Shown here: positions 20,553 to 32,869 of the stretch, one piece after another
Layout of the letters: every line of letters starts with the position of its first letter
How positions within the stretch are numbered: position 1 is the first letter of the stretch
Origin: Nitrospirota bacterium
Lineage (GTDB): Bacteria; Nitrospirota; UBA9217
Length of the DNA stretch: 64,000 bases
Assembly: GCA_963818475.1 (NCBI GenBank)
Contig: CAWFSF010000005.1
Coordinates: 288,001-352,000, forward strand
Reading direction: 5' to 3'
Translations under genes and position numbers: made by a program
The notes under the pieces: generated by a model
What the model was told of the DNA's origin: nothing
Seen by the model: the letters and a program-made list of their open reading frames with translations, nothing else
Databases searched by the model: none

Positions 20553-22725
20553 TTACATCAAATTCACCGGGTCCACATCCACGAGCACCCGGCACTTCCT
20601 GCCGAACTTCTCCTCGACCGCGTTCCTTCCCTCGGCAGCGAGCATCCGGATCTTCTCCCGTTTGGTCGACAGCAGGAGCAGCTGGAAGCGGTACTGGCCG
20701 CGGACCCGCGCGATCGGTGCCGGGGCCGGGCCGAGCAGCGTAGTTTCCTTGCCGCGCATCAGGAAGCGGATGCGGTCCCGGGCGACCTGTGCGGCCTCTG
20801 CGGCGCGGGCCTCGTCGGGGCTTTTCACTTCGAGTTTGATGAACCGGCCCACGGGAGGATAACCGAGTTGGATGCGGTAGGCGATCTCTTCGTTGTAGAA
20901 TCCTTCGTAGTCGTGGGTCCTGCTGTGGATGATGGAGTAGTGGGCCGGGTTCATGGTCTGGATCACCACCTCGCCCGCGGCCTCGCCCCGCCCCGCCCTG
21001 CCCGCGGCCTGGGTGATGAGCTGGAAGGTCTTTTCGGCTGCCCGGAAATCGGGAAAGTTCAGCCCCACGTCGGCGTCCACCACGCCGACCAGCGTCACGG
21101 CCGGGAAGTCGTGGCCTTTGGCGATCATTTGCGTACCGAGCAGGATATCCACTTCGCGCCGGTCCACCTGCTGCAGCAGCTGCTCATAGGCGTCGCGGCC
21201 CTTGACCGAATCGCTGTCCATGCGCCGCATCCTTGCTGCGGGGAACAATGCCTGCAGCTCCTCCTCGACCTTCTGCGTTCCCGAGCCGAGCGGTTTGAGG
21301 TCCACGCCGCTGCAGGAAGCACATTTGTCAGGCGGCCGCGTGAAAAAGCCGCAGTAGTGGCATTTCAGGTTCCCCTCGTTCTTATGGAACGTGAGCGACA
21401 CGCTGCAGCTCGGGCATTTGATCACGACCCCGCATTCCTGGCAGATGATCACCGATGAAAAGCCCCGGCGGTTCAGGAGCAGAAGCGTCTGCTCGTTCTT
21501 CTCAAGCCGCTTTGTGATCCCTGCAAGAAGCTGGGGAGCATAGAGGGTCTGCTTCGGCAGGCTCTTGACATCAATGATCGCGACGTCCGGCATGGGACGG
21601 TTGTCAACGCGCTGCGCCAGACGGAGATGCCGGTACTTGCCGTTCTTTGCGTTGTAAAAGCTTTCGAGCGAAGGCGTTGCCGAACCGAGCACCGCAACGG
21701 CGTTCTGGAACTTCGCCCGCATGACCGCCACGTCCCGCGCATGGTAGCGGAGCCCTTCGTCCTGTTTGTAGGAGTTCTCGTGCTCCTCGTCGACGATGAT
21801 GAGTCCGACGCGGTCAAAGGGGGCGAACACGGCAGAGCGCGCGCCCACGGCGACATCGACCTGGCCTGCCTGAATGCGCCGGTATTCGTCGGCCCGCTCG
21901 CGATCAGTAAGCCCGCTGTGCAGCACGGCCACGCGGCTGCCGAAGCGGCGCTGGAACCTGCCCAGAAGCTGGGGCGTCAGCGCGATCTCGGGAACGAGCA
22001 CGATGGTTCCCCTGCCCAGGTCCGCCTGCTGCTTGATCGAATGGAGATAGACCTCGGTCTTGCCGCTGCCCGTAACGCCGTGCAGCAGGAATACGCCGAA
22101 CTGAGACAGCGCCGCTGCCTCGCTGATGCTGCGCACCGCATCGGCCTGCTCCGGCATCAACAGGGGCGGCATGCACGGCACGAACGCCTCAGGCATTTCA
22201 GTCCTTTCTGCAGCCTTCTCGATGATAGTCGCCATCCCGGCTTCGCACAAAGCCTTGATCGTTGCAGGAGAAAAGGCCTTCAACTCTTCCAGGCTTACGA
22301 TCTGGCGTTCGCACAAAAGCAGCAGCAGTTCTTTCTGCTTCGGCCCGCGGACAGCATCCATATCGTGGTTGCCGTCAGCAAGCGTGAGATACTTTTTCTT
22401 TTTGGGTTTTGCACGGGATACGGCTTTGGGCACCATGGACTCGATGGTCAGTCCCAGGGGATAGAGGTAGTAGTCGGCCATCCAGTGCGCCAGGGCAAGG
22501 AGATCCGGCGTCAACGGGCTGTCCGATGATCTCAATGATGGACTTGAGGCCGATGGCGTCGTTCTTGTCCGGAAAGCCAAGCACCGTGCCGGTCATGGTC
22601 CGGCTGCCGAAGGGCACCAGTACGCGCGATCCTTCCACAAGACGCTCCTGCAGCGCTTCCGGGGCGCTGTAGTGGAACGTTTTGTTGACGGAAACACCGA
22701 CAGCTATGTCAACGATTAGATTCAT
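20553..22725 (-). CDS. priA: Primosomal protein N' helicase (one indel)
   Basis: GVTGSGKTEVY, VPEIALTPQ, DEEH, Cys-rich region, GTQMIAKGHDF, VDVDP. N-terminus is in ORF 22375-22725. Confidence 0.95.
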
Positions 22726-22873
22726 TTCGGATTTCGTATTGCGGATTTCGGATTAACAGCTCGAGTCGCTACCATGGAGTGGTGCTAATAACGTCAGGTA
22801 CATACTTCCGAGGGGTGAGAGGATTGGTTGTTTGGACTGTTAAAATCCGCAATCCGAAATCCGCAATCCGCAA
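22726..22873. repeat. Inverted heptamer-repeat hairpin (TTTCGGA/TCCGCAA) between nrdR and priA
   Basis: ATTTCGGATTTCGTATTGCGGATTTCGGATT ... AATCCGCAATCCGAAATCCGCAATCCGCAAT. Related tracts at 4948-4977, 10852-10882 and 23365-23476. Confidence 0.7.
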
Positions 22874-23356
22874 TTAAACGTTGTCTTTCAGCGCTTTCAT
22901 TTCCTTGCTGCCCAGAATGTCCTTGAGCTCGCTCATGAACTCGTTGATGTCCTTGAAGGAACGGTAGACCGAAGCGAACCGGACATAGGCAACCTCGTCC
23001 AGTTTGTGCAGCCGCTCCATCACCTCTTCGCCCACGACCGTGCTCGGGATCTCCTTGAGCCCCTTTTCCTGGAGCGACTTCTCGATCTCTTCCACGGTCT
23101 TTTCGAGCATCTCCATGCTGATGGGGCGCTTTTCGCAGGCTTTTTTGAGGCCGCTCAGGATCTTCATCCGGTCAAAGGGTTCGCGCCGGGAATCTTTTTT
23201 AATGACCAGCGGCAGCATTTCCTCGACCCGTTCGTAGGTCGTGAACCGCCCCTCGCACTTGAGGCATTCCCGTCTCCTGCGGATGGATTCGCCTTCCTTC
23301 CCCATCCGGGAGTCCACCACTTTATTGTCGAGGCTGGTGCAATAGGGGCAGCGCAT
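22874..23356 (-). CDS. nrdR: Transcriptional repressor NrdR
   Basis: MRCPYC...[12 protein letters not shown] cone, AYVRFASVY. Confidence 0.97.
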   Translation of the reverse strand: MRCPYCTSLDNKVVDSRMGKEGESIRRRRECLKCEGRFTTYERVEEMLPLVIKKDSRREPFDRMKILSGLKKACEKRPISMEMLEKTVEEIEKSLQEKGLKEIPSTVVGEEVMERLHKLDEVAYVRFASVYRSFKDINEFMSELKDILGSKEMKALKDNV

Positions 23357-23476
23357 TTGTGACAAACTCCAAGCACGAATTTCGAAGCTCCAAACAATCT
23401 CAAAATTGAAATGTTTGAAGCCTTGCAATTTTTATATTCGATATTATTTCGAATTTAGAGATTCGAATTTCGGATT

Positions 23477-23938
23477 TTATATCTGCCTTTTATACTGCGT
23501 TATCTTAATGCCCGATTCCTTCAGCATCTCCGCAGCCAGCGCATCCGGATAGCCGTCCTCGAAGATGATGTGCTTGACGCCGGAGTTAATGATCATTTTT
23601 GCGCAAATGCCGCAGGGCTGGTTCGTGCAGTAGAGCGTTGCGCCGTCGATGTTCGTTCCGTGCTTGGCTGCCTGGATGATCGCGTTCTGTTCGGCATGGA
23701 GCCCCCTGCAGATCTCGTGGCGCTCTCCCGAAGGGATGCCCATCTGCTCGCGCAGACAGCCGCGGTCAAGACAATGCTCAATGCCCGACGGCGTGCCGTT
23801 GTACCCGGTGGCGAGGATGTTCTTGTCCTTGACGAGGACAGCTCCGACCTGGCGGCGGAGGCAGGTTGCGCGCCTCTTCACCAGGTGCGCGATCTCCATG
23901 AAATATTCGTCCCAAGAGGGGCGGACATGCTTAGACAT
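23477..23938 (-). CDS. dCMP/cytidine deaminase (ComEB family)
   Basis: [20 protein letters not shown]. Confidence 0.93.
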   Translation of the reverse strand: MSKHVRPSWDEYFMEIAHLVKRRATCLRRQVGAVLVKDKNILATGYNGTPSGIEHCLDRGCLREQMGIPSGERHEICRGLHAEQNAIIQAAKHGTNIDGATLYCTNQPCGICAKMIINSGVKHIIFEDGYPDALAAEMLKESGIKITQYKRQI

Positions 23939-25184
23939 TCGCTTTTTCCATCGCGAACAGAGGGAACTTGCTGCAGAACGCGCTGGTCCGCTCCTTGATC
24001 GCTTCGAGCTTCTCGGGCGACTTGCCGTTGGCCAGCACTTCGCAGATAAGGTCGCCGATGATCTTCATTTCCGGCTCGCGCATGCCGCGCGTGGTCACGA
24101 TCGGCGTGCCGAGGCGGATGCCGCTGGTCACCACCGGCGGTTTCTGGTCGTAGGGGATGCTGTTCTTGTTGCAGGTGATGCCCGCCGCATCGAGCGCCTT
24201 CTCGGCCTCGTTGCCCGTGATGCCCTTGGGGGTGAGGTCCACGAGCATCAGGTGGTTGTCCGTGCCGCCCGAAACGATGCGGAAGCCGTCCGCCACGAGC
24301 ACCTCGGAAAGCGCCTGGGCGTTCTTCACCACCTGGCGCTGATAGTCCTTGAACTCCGGCTGGAGCGCTTCCTTGAACGAGACGGCCTTGGCCGCGATCA
24401 CATGCACCAGCGGGCCGCCCTGGATGCCGGGGAAAATGACCTTGTCCACGGCCTTGCCGAACTGCTCTTTGCACATGATCATGCCGCCGCGCGGTCCGCG
24501 CAGTGTTTTGTGCGTCGTGGTCGTAACGAAATCGGCATAGGGCACCGGGCTCGGGTGCACACCGGCTGCGATGAGCCCGGCGATGTGGGCGATGTCGACC
24601 ATGAGCAGGGCGCCGACCTTGTCCGCGATCTTCCGGAACCGCGCGAAATCGAGGATGCGGGAATAGGCGCTGTAGCCGGCCACGATCATCTTCGGCTTAT
24701 GCTCGACCGCGAGCCGCTCCACTTCGTCATAGTCGATCAGTTCTGTTTTCTTATCCACCCCGTAGGAGAAGGATTTATAGAGCTGGCCGGAGAAGCTGAC
24801 CGACGCGCCGTGCGTGAGATGCCCGCCGTGCGGCAGCGCCATTCCAAGGATCGTGTCGCCAGGCTTGAGCACGCTGAAGTACACGGCCATGTTCGCCGTG
24901 GACCCGGAATGAGGCTGGACGTTCACATGCTCGGCGCCGAAGAGCTGCTTCGCCCGTTCGATCGCCAGCGTCTCCACGGCATCGGCAAACTCGCACCCGC
25001 CGTAGTAGCGGCGATTGGGGTATCCTTCCGCATACTTGTTCGTGAAGACCGAGCCCTGCGCTTCGAGCACGGCCTGGCTCACATAATTCTCGGAGGCAAT
25101 GAGAACGATCTTGGAAAGCTCGCGTTCTTCCTCTCCTTGAATCGCATTGTACACATCGATATCTGCAGCTTTGAGTTCTGACAT
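23931..25184 (-). CDS. glyA: Serine hydroxymethyltransferase
   Basis: [28 protein letters not shown]. Confidence 0.98.
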   Translation of the reverse strand: MSELKAADIDVYNAIQGEEERELSKIVLIASENYVSQAVLEAQGSVFTNKYAEGYPNRRYYGGCEFADAVETLAIERAKQLFGAEHVNVQPHSGSTANMAVYFSVLKPGDTILGMALPHGGHLTHGASVSFSGQLYKSFSYGVDKKTELIDYDEVERLAVEHKPKMIVAGYSAYSRILDFARFRKIADKVGALLMVDIAHIAGLIAAGVHPSPVPYADFVTTTTHKTLRGPRGGMIMCKEQFGKAVDKVIFPGIQGGPLVHVIAAKAVSFKEALQPEFKDYQRQVVKNAQALSEVLVADGFRIVSGGTDNHLMLVDLTPKGITGNEAEKALDAAGITCNKNSIPYDQKPPVVTSGIRLGTPIVTTRGMREPEMKIIGDLICEVLANGKSPEKLEAIKERTSAFCSKFPLFAMEKANV

Positions 25185-25259
25185 GATTCGTTCCTTATAG
25201 AATAATAGGGTCAAGGATCAAGCAGCAAGGAAGCCCACACCTTGCCACTTGCTACTTCG

Positions 25260-25710
25260 CTACTTGCTACCCGTTGCTATCTGGTCTATCTTGTTGAGCC
25301 GCAGCTGATGCCTGCCGCCGGCAAATTCCGTTTCCAGCCAGGTTTTCACGATCTCAAGAGCGACGCCTTTGCCGATAACTCGCTCGCCCATGACCAGGAT
25401 GTTGGCATCATTGTGCTCGCGGCTCATCTGTGCCGTGAAATGGTCATGGCAAAGCGCTGCGCGGACCTTTGGGAACCGGTTCGCGACGATCGACATGCCG
25501 ATGCCCGTGCCGCAGATCAGGATGCCGCGGTCCATCGCGCCCCGGGCCACGGCCTCCGACACCTTGGCCCCGTAGTCCGGATAGTCGACGGAATCCTTGC
25601 TCCCCACTCCGAAGTCAGAAACCTCGACATTCTTAACCGTCTTGATATATTTGAGGATTTCTTCCTTCAGTTCGAAAGCCGCCGTGGTCGCAGCCAATCG
25701 CCAATTTCAT
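25260..25710 (-). CDS. rpiB: Ribose-5-phosphate isomerase B (indel in the N-terminus)
   Basis: MKLAIGCDHGG in the shifted frame; DYPD, CGTGIGMSI, HNDAN, FAGGRH. Confidence 0.95.
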
Positions 25711-25737
25711 GAAAAACCCTGCCTTTCGTAGAGGGTG

Positions 25738-25767
25738 ATATTAACATCTCAGCTGTTTTTGTGTCAA
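25738..25767 (-). promoter_or_regulatory. Putative sigma70 promoter of the rpiB-glyA operon
   Basis: TTGACA-N18-TAATAT with TG. Confidence 0.45.
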
Positions 25768-25847
25768 GGAAAATACCTCATCCGGCCCGTCAGGAGGGCG
25801 CGCAAACAGAACAAGACTCTTCGTGGTGGATGCGACAGGGGGGCGAG

Positions 25848-26579
25848 TTACCGGAATTCGTAGCCGATCATGGAGAGGACGGCAATGGCCGCGGTCTCGG
25901 TGCGCAGGATATTCGGCCCGAGGCTCACAGCATGGAAGCCCTTTTCCCGCGCCAATGACGCTTCACCAGACGAGAACCCGCCTTCGGGCCCGATGAGAAC
26001 GATGATATGCATGGCCGGCGTGCGCTTGAGAACTTCCTTCAGGGGCTGCGTCCCTTCCTCCCACGGAAGGAGAAGCAGTGTGCCGGGGCCGGGGTTCAGG
26101 GAGGATATAAAATCGCGCAAGGACCGGATTGTTTCGACCTGCGGGATGTCGGGTCGGTTGCTCTGCATGGCCGCTTCCCGGCAGATCTTCTGCCACCGGC
26201 CGATGCGCTTTTCTTCGTCTCTGATCTTCACGATCGTTCGCTCCGTCACCAGGGGGACGATATTCGTCACCCCGAGTTCCGTGGCTTTCTGCACGATCCA
26301 GTCCATCTTGTCGAACTTTGGCAGTCCCTGGCAGAGCGTGATGCGGGGAGCGGTGGTCTCCCGGTGCCTCTGGCTCACGATTTCGGTCTGGATCGCCGAC
26401 TTGCTGATCTCGGAGATGGTCACCTGATACTCAGCGCCCCGGCCGTCGCACAGAAGGAGCGCATCGCCGGTCTTCATGCGCAGCACCGCAGCAATATGGC
26501 GCACATCTTCGTCCGTGATGCTGATCCGGGAGCCGGAGACCTGGGAGGGGGCTATGAAAAACCGAGGGGGTCGTGACAT
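25848..26579 (-). CDS. rsmE: 16S rRNA m3U1498 methyltransferase
   Basis: QKATELGV, EAAMQS, IGPEGG, LGPNILRTETA. Confidence 0.95.
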   Translation of the reverse strand: MSRPPRFFIAPSQVSGSRISITDEDVRHIAAVLRMKTGDALLLCDGRGAEYQVTISEISKSAIQTEIVSQRHRETTAPRITLCQGLPKFDKMDWIVQKATELGVTNIVPLVTERTIVKIRDEEKRIGRWQKICREAAMQSNRPDIPQVETIRSLRDFISSLNPGPGTLLLLPWEEGTQPLKEVLKRTPAMHIIVLIGPEGGFSSGEASLAREKGFHAVSLGPNILRTETAAIAVLSMIGYEFR

Positions 26580-26699
26580 AGAAGCCTGATCCTGATTTAG
26601 AGTTAACAGTTCGGATCCGCATCTTTGACACGGATAGGAGCGGATGAAAAGCTATAAAGAATCATGATTTTTCATAGCCGTTGTCAGATGTTATCAGTA

Positions 26700-28175
26700 T
26701 CAAAGAGGTTGACTGGGTTTCGGCTTCGGGGCCTGTCCTTCATTTCTGCCTCGGCCGCCCCGTCTCCGCCTGCGCCGCTTTGGCTGTGCTTTTTTCTCGA
26801 CGATCTTCTGTATTTCCTTTTCCTCGCCAGGCGCGAGCGGGTGGGCCTTGATGAACTCTTTCCACCAGGCGCGGATCTCTTTTTTCTCGCCCGTGGTCTC
26901 GCTCGTAAAGCGCAGGTATTCGAAGGCGTCGGCAAATCCGGGCCTGCGCAGGAAAAAGCGCGGGTGCCTGCCTTCCCGCTTCTCGAAGCGCTGCTGGTTC
27001 CAGTACATATCGCGCATGATCAGCCCGATCTTTTTCGGTATCTGGACCCGCTGGGCCTGGTCAATAAGGACCTCGGACACTGCTCTGGTCATGGCATCGA
27101 GCGCATTGGCTCCCGAGGAACGGTACTGCGCGGCTTTTTCTTCCATATACTGCCCGAACATAAGCCCGAAGAGGATGTGGGGCGGCACCTGCCTGCCGGC
27201 CAGAACACAGGCATCCACCCACTCCAGCGCCTTGCCGATCCAGATATGCGGGAAACCGTCCCGTTCCGTGTCCACCCATCGGTCGAGCTTCGGAAAGATC
27301 ACGCCGAACATTCCGGTCTTGCGAAGCAGCTGATAGGTCTTCTCTCCCTCACCGAGCAGGAAGAGCTTCAGCACTTCCTCGTACATGCGGGCAGGAGATG
27401 CCAGGGCAACCTGGTCCTTGAGTTCGAGGAGGGCTTGGTAGGTTTTTGCCTCGATCTCGAACCCGAGCAGCGCTGCAAAACGGACGGCGCGCACCATGCG
27501 CACCGGGTCCTCGGTGAATCGGACCAGGGGATCGCCGATGATCCGTATGAGCCCGCTCCTGAGGTCCTGCATGCCGCCCACGTAGTCGATGACCGAGTAA
27601 TCGGCGATGTTGTAAAAAAGCGCGTTCACCGTGAAATCCCGCCGGAGGGCGTCCTCCTCGGGCGTGCCGAAGACGTTATCGCGCAGGATCATGCCGCCTT
27701 CGGTCTTAAGCATGCGCGGCGGTTTGGGCTTTGCCTCCGGGGACGCTGAGACGACCTCAGTGACTGGCGGAGCCGCCTCTTCGCGAGCGGGTAATTCCGG
27801 TTCAACAAGATCCATTACCTGCCCGTTCACCGGAGCCGCCTCTATGACCTCAGGTTCATCGGACACCATGGACCGGAAGGTCGCGACCTCGACAATATCG
27901 TTATGGAAGTGAATATGGGCGAGACGGAACCTGCGGCCGATGAGCCTGCAGTTGCGAAAGACCTTTTTGACCTCGTTGGGCGTGGCGTCCGTAGCAATAT
28001 CGAAGTCCTTGGGTTCACGGCCGAGCAACAGGTCGCGTACACCGCCGCCCACAAGATAGGCGTAGTATCCGTGCTCCTTCAGTTTGTACAGCACGCGGAC
28101 TGCGTTGGGGCTGATCCACTTGCGGGAGACACTGTGTTCCTTGCGAGGAATGATGGTAGGTTTAATAGGCGTCAC
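26700..28175 (-). CDS. pcnB: Poly(A) polymerase I
   Basis: LVGGGVRDLLLG..PKDFD, PAP signature LIGRRFRLAHI, RRDFTVNAL, EDPVRM, basic tail. Confidence 0.92.
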   Translation of the reverse strand: MTPIKPTIIPRKEHSVSRKWISPNAVRVLYKLKEHGYYAYLVGGGVRDLLLGREPKDFDIATDATPNEVKKVFRNCRLIGRRFRLAHIHFHNDIVEVATFRSMVSDEPEVIEAAPVNGQVMDLVEPELPAREEAAPPVTEVVSASPEAKPKPPRMLKTEGGMILRDNVFGTPEEDALRRDFTVNALFYNIADYSVIDYVGGMQDLRSGLIRIIGDPLVRFTEDPVRMVRAVRFAALLGFEIEAKTYQALLELKDQVALASPARMYEEVLKLFLLGEGEKTYQLLRKTGMFGVIFPKLDRWVDTERDGFPHIWIGKALEWVDACVLAGRQVPPHILFGLMFGQYMEEKAAQYRSSGANALDAMTRAVSEVLIDQAQRVQIPKKIGLIMRDMYWNQQRFEKREGRHPRFFLRRPGFADAFEYLRFTSETTGEKKEIRAWWKEFIKAHPLAPGEEKEIQKIVEKKAQPKRRRRRRGGRGRNEGQAPKPKPSQPL

Positions 28176-28320
28176 GGATTGGTATATTAACACATTCTCG
28201 CGGGAAAGGTAAAGCAGGAAGTTGCGAAGCAGGCCGCCGGCGAGGAAGCGCTACATGCCGAAGAAAAAAGGGAGGGCAATGCCGTCCCTCCACCATGACC
28301 CGAAGGCATCTGGTTGTCGT

Positions 28321-28638
28321 CTATTTCCCGTAAACGTGGACCGTATACTGGTTCCACAGGCGAAAAATGCTCAGCGTTTCAAGATCGGCAAAGTACACTT
28401 CCTGCAACCCCTGTTTTTTAGCGATGTCGCCGATGGCAGCGCTGTCCCAGGCAACAAGCTGATAGGAGCCGGTCAGCGGCGGGAAGGTGATCAGCTTCAG
28501 GCTGCCCGATTTTTCCACAGCAGCAACGGGCGTACGGTCCATGTTGAGCGTCAGCGGCTGCACGGTATGAACATACACACAGCCCGGGAGCAGGAGGAAA
28601 AGCGTCAAAACCAGGAACAACAAACAATAGGGCTTCAT
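28321..28638 (-). CDS. TRL-like family lipoprotein
   Basis: Lipobox LPGC; AIGDIAKKQGL...D...TVHVYG pattern. Confidence 0.7.
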   Translation of the reverse strand: MKPYCLLFLVLTLFLLLPGCVYVHTVQPLTLNMDRTPVAAVEKSGSLKLITFPPLTGSYQLVAWDSAAIGDIAKKQGLQEVYFADLETLSIFRLWNQYTVHVYGK

Positions 28639-28647
28639 GGACACCTC

Positions 28648-28945
28648 CTACTCGCCATACACGATCGTCGTCGTCTCGGTGTAGATGCCGAAGAAGACGC
28701 TGTAAATCTCCCTATCCATATGGTTCACCGTGGTGATGCCGCCGTTCTTGGCCGCGGCCGCCGTGCCCGCGTCACCCCAGGCGGCTGCCCACAGCACCGA
28801 ATAGGACGCGGCTTTGCCCGTTTTCTGGCCGAGCACTGTCTTGTCGAGCGTTGGTGTCCAGAGGGGTCAGCACGTGAGCGTAGAAACATCCCGACAGCAG
28901 AACCGCGGAAACGAGAGCTGTTGCTATCATCCTTATTGATCTCAT
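28648..28945 (-). CDS. TRL-like family lipoprotein (one indel)
   Basis: MRSIRMIATALVSAVLLSGC... then WGDAGTAAAAKNGGITTVNHMD...TTIVYGE. Confidence 0.75.
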
Positions 28946-29003
28946 AGCCATTCTCCTTGCTCCTGGGATTTTTCGAACAGAATGGTATTAGTATAGCACG
29001 GTT

Positions 29004-30071
29004 TTACAGGGCGACGGCTTCAATACCTGCCAGGAGTTTGAACTGCACGCGCGCCCGATGCAGATTATGCAAAGGGTAGGCTACCTTGAAATAGGTGTCT
29101 CCACTCAGATAGTCCGTGAGAAAACGCAGCCCCAGTTCGAACGTGATAACACGTACGGAGAGCGGGAGCAGGTCCGTCTCCTTCCGGGTGAGGAACGATG
29201 ACGCCTCGCTCAAATATCCGCGCGTCACCGCTTGAAAGAGTTGAAGATCGAAGATTACCCGGTCCAGGTCCCCGTCCTCCCCTGCCGGGTTCGCAACGGA
29301 GCGCACGCAGTCGCCGAAGTCAAAGTGCACGATCCCCGGTTTCACCGTATCCAGATCCAGCATGCAAAGGGCTTTTCCGGTGACCCGGTGAATCATGACG
29401 TTGTTCACCTTGGGGTCGTTGTGCACCACGCGGAGCGGCAGCTGACCGGAATCCATCAGCTCCGTCAACATCGGCGCCAGGGACCTCCTGCGGGCAACGA
29501 ATTCTAATTCTACCGCGGCCTCGGCCGCCCGGCCCCCAGCGTTCCTGGCGACCGAGTCGTCATACGCTTCGAGATAGCGCGGGGTGTTATGGAACCCCGG
29601 GATCGTATCATGGAGACGGGAAGGCGCGAGGTCCGAGACGAGCGACTGAAACCTGCCGAGCCCCCTGCCGATCTCATAGGCATGATGAACATCCTTGACC
29701 TGGTCGAAAACCGTCCCGTCCTCGATAAAATGAAATACCCGCCAGCAACTGCCGGAGCCGTCAACATGGTGAGAACGGCCGCTCTGTGCGTGGATCAGCG
29801 CCGGAGTGACGGTGTAAGGATCAACCACCCCCTGTGCACGCAGCCTGGCAGCGATATGTTGCGTCACCAACTCTACGTTCTCCATCACGTCGACCGGGCG
29901 TTTGAAAACCGCGACATTGATGCGCTGGAGCACATACTTGCGGATCTCATTGCCGTCCCTGAACGTGCAGAGGTAGGTATCATTGATCAGTCCGGAGCCG
30001 AACTTTTCGATCGTCGCGAGCGCGCCGGGAAGCGGGAAGTTGAGGATAATGTCTTCGGGCCTGTGAACCAT
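29004..30071 (-). CDS. Aminoglycoside phosphotransferase / N-acetylhexosamine kinase-like protein
   Basis: GLINDTY, LQRIN, HNDPKVNN, LDLDT, DFGD. Confidence 0.85.
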   Translation of the reverse strand: MVHRPEDIILNFPLPGALATIEKFGSGLINDTYLCTFRDGNEIRKYVLQRINVAVFKRPVDVMENVELVTQHIAARLRAQGVVDPYTVTPALIHAQSGRSHHVDGSGSCWRVFHFIEDGTVFDQVKDVHHAYEIGRGLGRFQSLVSDLAPSRLHDTIPGFHNTPRYLEAYDDSVARNAGGRAAEAAVELEFVARRRSLAPMLTELMDSGQLPLRVVHNDPKVNNVMIHRVTGKALCMLDLDTVKPGIVHFDFGDCVRSVANPAGEDGDLDRVIFDLQLFQAVTRGYLSEASSFLTRKETDLLPLSVRVITFELGLRFLTDYLSGDTYFKVAYPLHNLHRARVQFKLLAGIEAVAL

Positions 30072-30230
30072 GCAGAATTATAGCATTTCCTCCGATTGAA
30101 TCCATGATTATTCAGGGCGAGAAAAAAAATAGACGCACATGACTTTTTCATGCAATTAAATGATATACTGTGTCAGAAACGCTCATTACTATGGTTTGGT
30201 TCACTCATTTCTATGATGGCGGGGGCACCT

Positions 30231-32750
30231 ATGGATGATCGGCAATCTTACCGGAGCAACTCATGGAAGCTGCTGCTGATCGGGGTCGTACTCGGCCTTC
30301 TGGCGTGGAACCTGGACGTTAGCCTGGATGCTGCCGTTGGCAAGTTTTCCGGTTTTCTGACAGAACTGCGCACTCCTTTCTCCATGAACTTTCTGAGCCA
30401 TCTCTTGCTCCTGGCGGCGTTCATCCTCTTCGGTGCATACGGCGCCCGGCTCCTTGCCCGGACCAGGCGTTCGGAAAAAAGATTCCGGGCCGCAGAGGCA
30501 CAATACCGGAACCTCGTGGAAAGCGCCTGGGACATCACCTACTCTATCTCAAACAACGGCACGATCTCCGCGATCAGCCCCTCCTGCCAGGCTGCCACAG
30601 GCTGGACCCCTGAGGAGCTTTCCGGAAAACACTTTCTCTCGATCATCCACCCCGATGACGTGCAGCAGGCAACCGAAATGTTTCACGCGGTATTGAGCGG
30701 CGGGCAGAGCGACCGGTCAATGAAGGAACTGCGGGTACGGGCGCGGTCAGGCGATTACCGCATCGAGGAGTTCCGGTCCACGCAAGTACTGCAGGACGGA
30801 AAGGTGATCGGGATCTTCGGAGCGGTGCGCGACATCACGGAGCGCAGGCGGATGGAGAAGGAGCTTCTGGAAAGTGAGGTCAGATACCGGGACCTGTTCG
30901 AGAATGCCAATGACCTGATCCTGAGCGTGGACATGGACGGCCGGTTTCTGTACGTCAACCGTGCCTGGTTCAGGACGCTGGGCTACAACGAAGAGGAGGT
31001 CGCCGGCCTCACCCTGGCAATGATCATTCACCCGGATTACGAAATGCAGTGCGCTGCGGCGTTCGAGAAAGCACGATCGGGCGAAGACATCGGACGCATC
31101 GAGGCCGGATTCGTGGCAAGGGACGGAAATACCGTCATTGTCGAGGGCAGTGTCAGCTGCCAGCTGCAGCAGGGAAAGCCTGTGGCGCTCCGCTGCATCT
31201 TCTCGAACATCACCGGGCGCCGTTCGGCCGAAGAGTTCAACAAGAAAATCCTCGAGAGCGTTGACGAAGGCTTCATTGTCGTGACCCCTGACTACCGCAT
31301 CACGCTGGCGAACAAGGCCTTCTGCGCAGGGGTCAAAATACACCCCAAGGAGGTCGTTGGCAAACACTGCTTCGAGGTCTCCCACCACACAAGCCGCCCC
31401 TGCTTCGAAGAAGGCGAGGCCTGCGCTGTCCGGGAGGTCTTCAGGACCGGCGAAGTTCATACGGCGACCCACATGCACTTCGACAGCAGGGGGAACCCCA
31501 TCTACATGGAGATCAAGGCTTACCCCATGCGCGACTCCCTCGGCAAGGTCGTTTCCGCCATCGAGGTCCACAACGATATCTCAGAGCGAAAACAGCTTGA
31601 GGAACAGCTCCGGCATTCCCAGAAGATGGAAGCCATCGGGACGCTGGCCGGGGGTGTTGCCCACGATTTTAACAATATTCTGACTGCCATTATCGGATAC
31701 GGCAGCCTGCTCCAGATGAGGATCGATCCCGCAAGCCCGCTGCGGTCCAGTGTGGACCAGATCCTCGCATCGACCGAGCGGGCGTCGAACCTGACCCGGC
31801 GGCTCCTTACGTTCAGCAGAAAACAGAACGCCGTGCTGAAACCTGTTGACCTGAACACCATCGTCGGGCGGGTCAACAACCTCCTGGGCATGCTGATCGG
31901 CGAGGACATCGAGATCAAGCTCCAGCTGCACCCGACGGGACTGGGCATGCAGGCCGATGCCGGACAGATCGAGCAGGTGCTGATGAATCTCGTCACCAAT
32001 GCCCGGGACGCCATGCCGCGCGGCGGCGTGCTGTCGGTCATCACCGAGAGCATCATGATCGACGAGAGTTTCATAAGGGCCCACGGGTACGGGAAAGTGG
32101 GGCACTATGTCCTGATCTCGGTCTCGGACACGGGGCAGGGCATGGACCGGGAAATACAGAAACGGATCTTCGATCCCTTCTTTACGACCAAGGAGGTCGG
32201 CAAGGGAACCGGCCTCGGCCTCGCCATCGTTTATGGCATCATCAAGCAGCACAACGGATTCATCAACGTGTACAGCGAACCGGATGCAGGAACGACCTTC
32301 AAACTGTACTTCCCGCTGCTCGGCGCGGCTGTTGAGGAACCGGCCAACCTGACGCACCATGAATCCAGGAACGGTTCGGCTATGATCCTTGTTGCGGAGG
32401 ATGATGCGGACGTGCGGCAGCTGACGCGGACGGTCCTGGAAAATTTCGGCTATACCGTCATAGAGGCCATGGATGGAGACGATGCCGTTCAGCAGTTCAC
32501 CAGCCATCAGGACATGATCCAGCTCCTGCTGCTGGACGTTATCATGCCCCGAAAGAACGGCAAGGAAGTCTGCGAAGAGATCAGAAAGATCAAACCCGAT
32601 GTTAAAGTGATCTTCACCAGCGGATATCCCTCCGACGTGATCCGCCAAAAAGGTGTGCTCGACGAAACGGATCTATTCCTGTTCAAGCCGGCCTCGCCCC
32701 GTGAGACCTTGCGCATGGTGCAGGACGCGCTGCTTCCCGCCCACTGCTGA
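30231..32750 (+). CDS. Hybrid sensor histidine kinase (2 TM, 3 PAS, HisKA, HATPase, REC)
   Basis: [40 protein letters not shown]. Confidence 0.95.
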   Translation: MDDRQSYRSNSWKLLLIGVVLGLLAWNLDVSLDAAVGKFSGFLTELRTPFSMNFLSHLLLLAAFILFGAYGARLLARTRRSEKRFRAAEAQYRNLVESAWDITYSISNNGTISAISPSCQAATGWTPEELSGKHFLSIIHPDDVQQATEMFHAVLSGGQSDRSMKELRVRARSGDYRIEEFRSTQVLQDGKVIGIFGAVRDITERRRMEKELLESEVRYRDLFENANDLILSVDMDGRFLYVNRAWFRTLGYNEEEVAGLTLAMIIHPDYEMQCAAAFEKARSGEDIGRIEAGFVARDGNTVIVEGSVSCQLQQGKPVALRCIFSNITGRRSAEEFNKKILESVDEGFIVVTPDYRITLANKAFCAGVKIHPKEVVGKHCFEVSHHTSRPCFEEGEACAVREVFRTGEVHTATHMHFDSRGNPIYMEIKAYPMRDSLGKVVSAIEVHNDISERKQLEEQLRHSQKMEAIGTLAGGVAHDFNNILTAIIGYGSLLQMRIDPASPLRSSVDQILASTERASNLTRRLLTFSRKQNAVLKPVDLNTIVGRVNNLLGMLIGEDIEIKLQLHPTGLGMQADAGQIEQVLMNLVTNARDAMPRGGVLSVITESIMIDESFIRAHGYGKVGHYVLISVSDTGQGMDREIQKRIFDPFFTTKEVGKGTGLGLAIVYGIIKQHNGFINVYSEPDAGTTFKLYFPLLGAAVEEPANLTHHESRNGSAMILVAEDDADVRQLTRTVLENFGYTVIEAMDGDDAVQQFTSHQDMIQLLLLDVIMPRKNGKEVCEEIRKIKPDVKVIFTSGYPSDVIRQKGVLDETDLFLFKPASPRETLRMVQDALLPAHC

Positions 32751-32869
32751 TCACCTTCCCGACGAGCGCCCACAAGGGGGAATAAGACCGAGGTTGCTTT
32801 TACCCTCGAGATTCAGAGCTATTTTCTGTTATCACTATGTGAAGATTTTTGTAATACGAATCCGACGTG

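Noticed and set aside
23649-25181. Long antisense ORFs (e.g. 510 aa opposite glyA; also 20469-21458, 31581-32648, 51547-52806)
   Set aside because: These are shadow frames of GC-rich genes with clear homology on the other strand.
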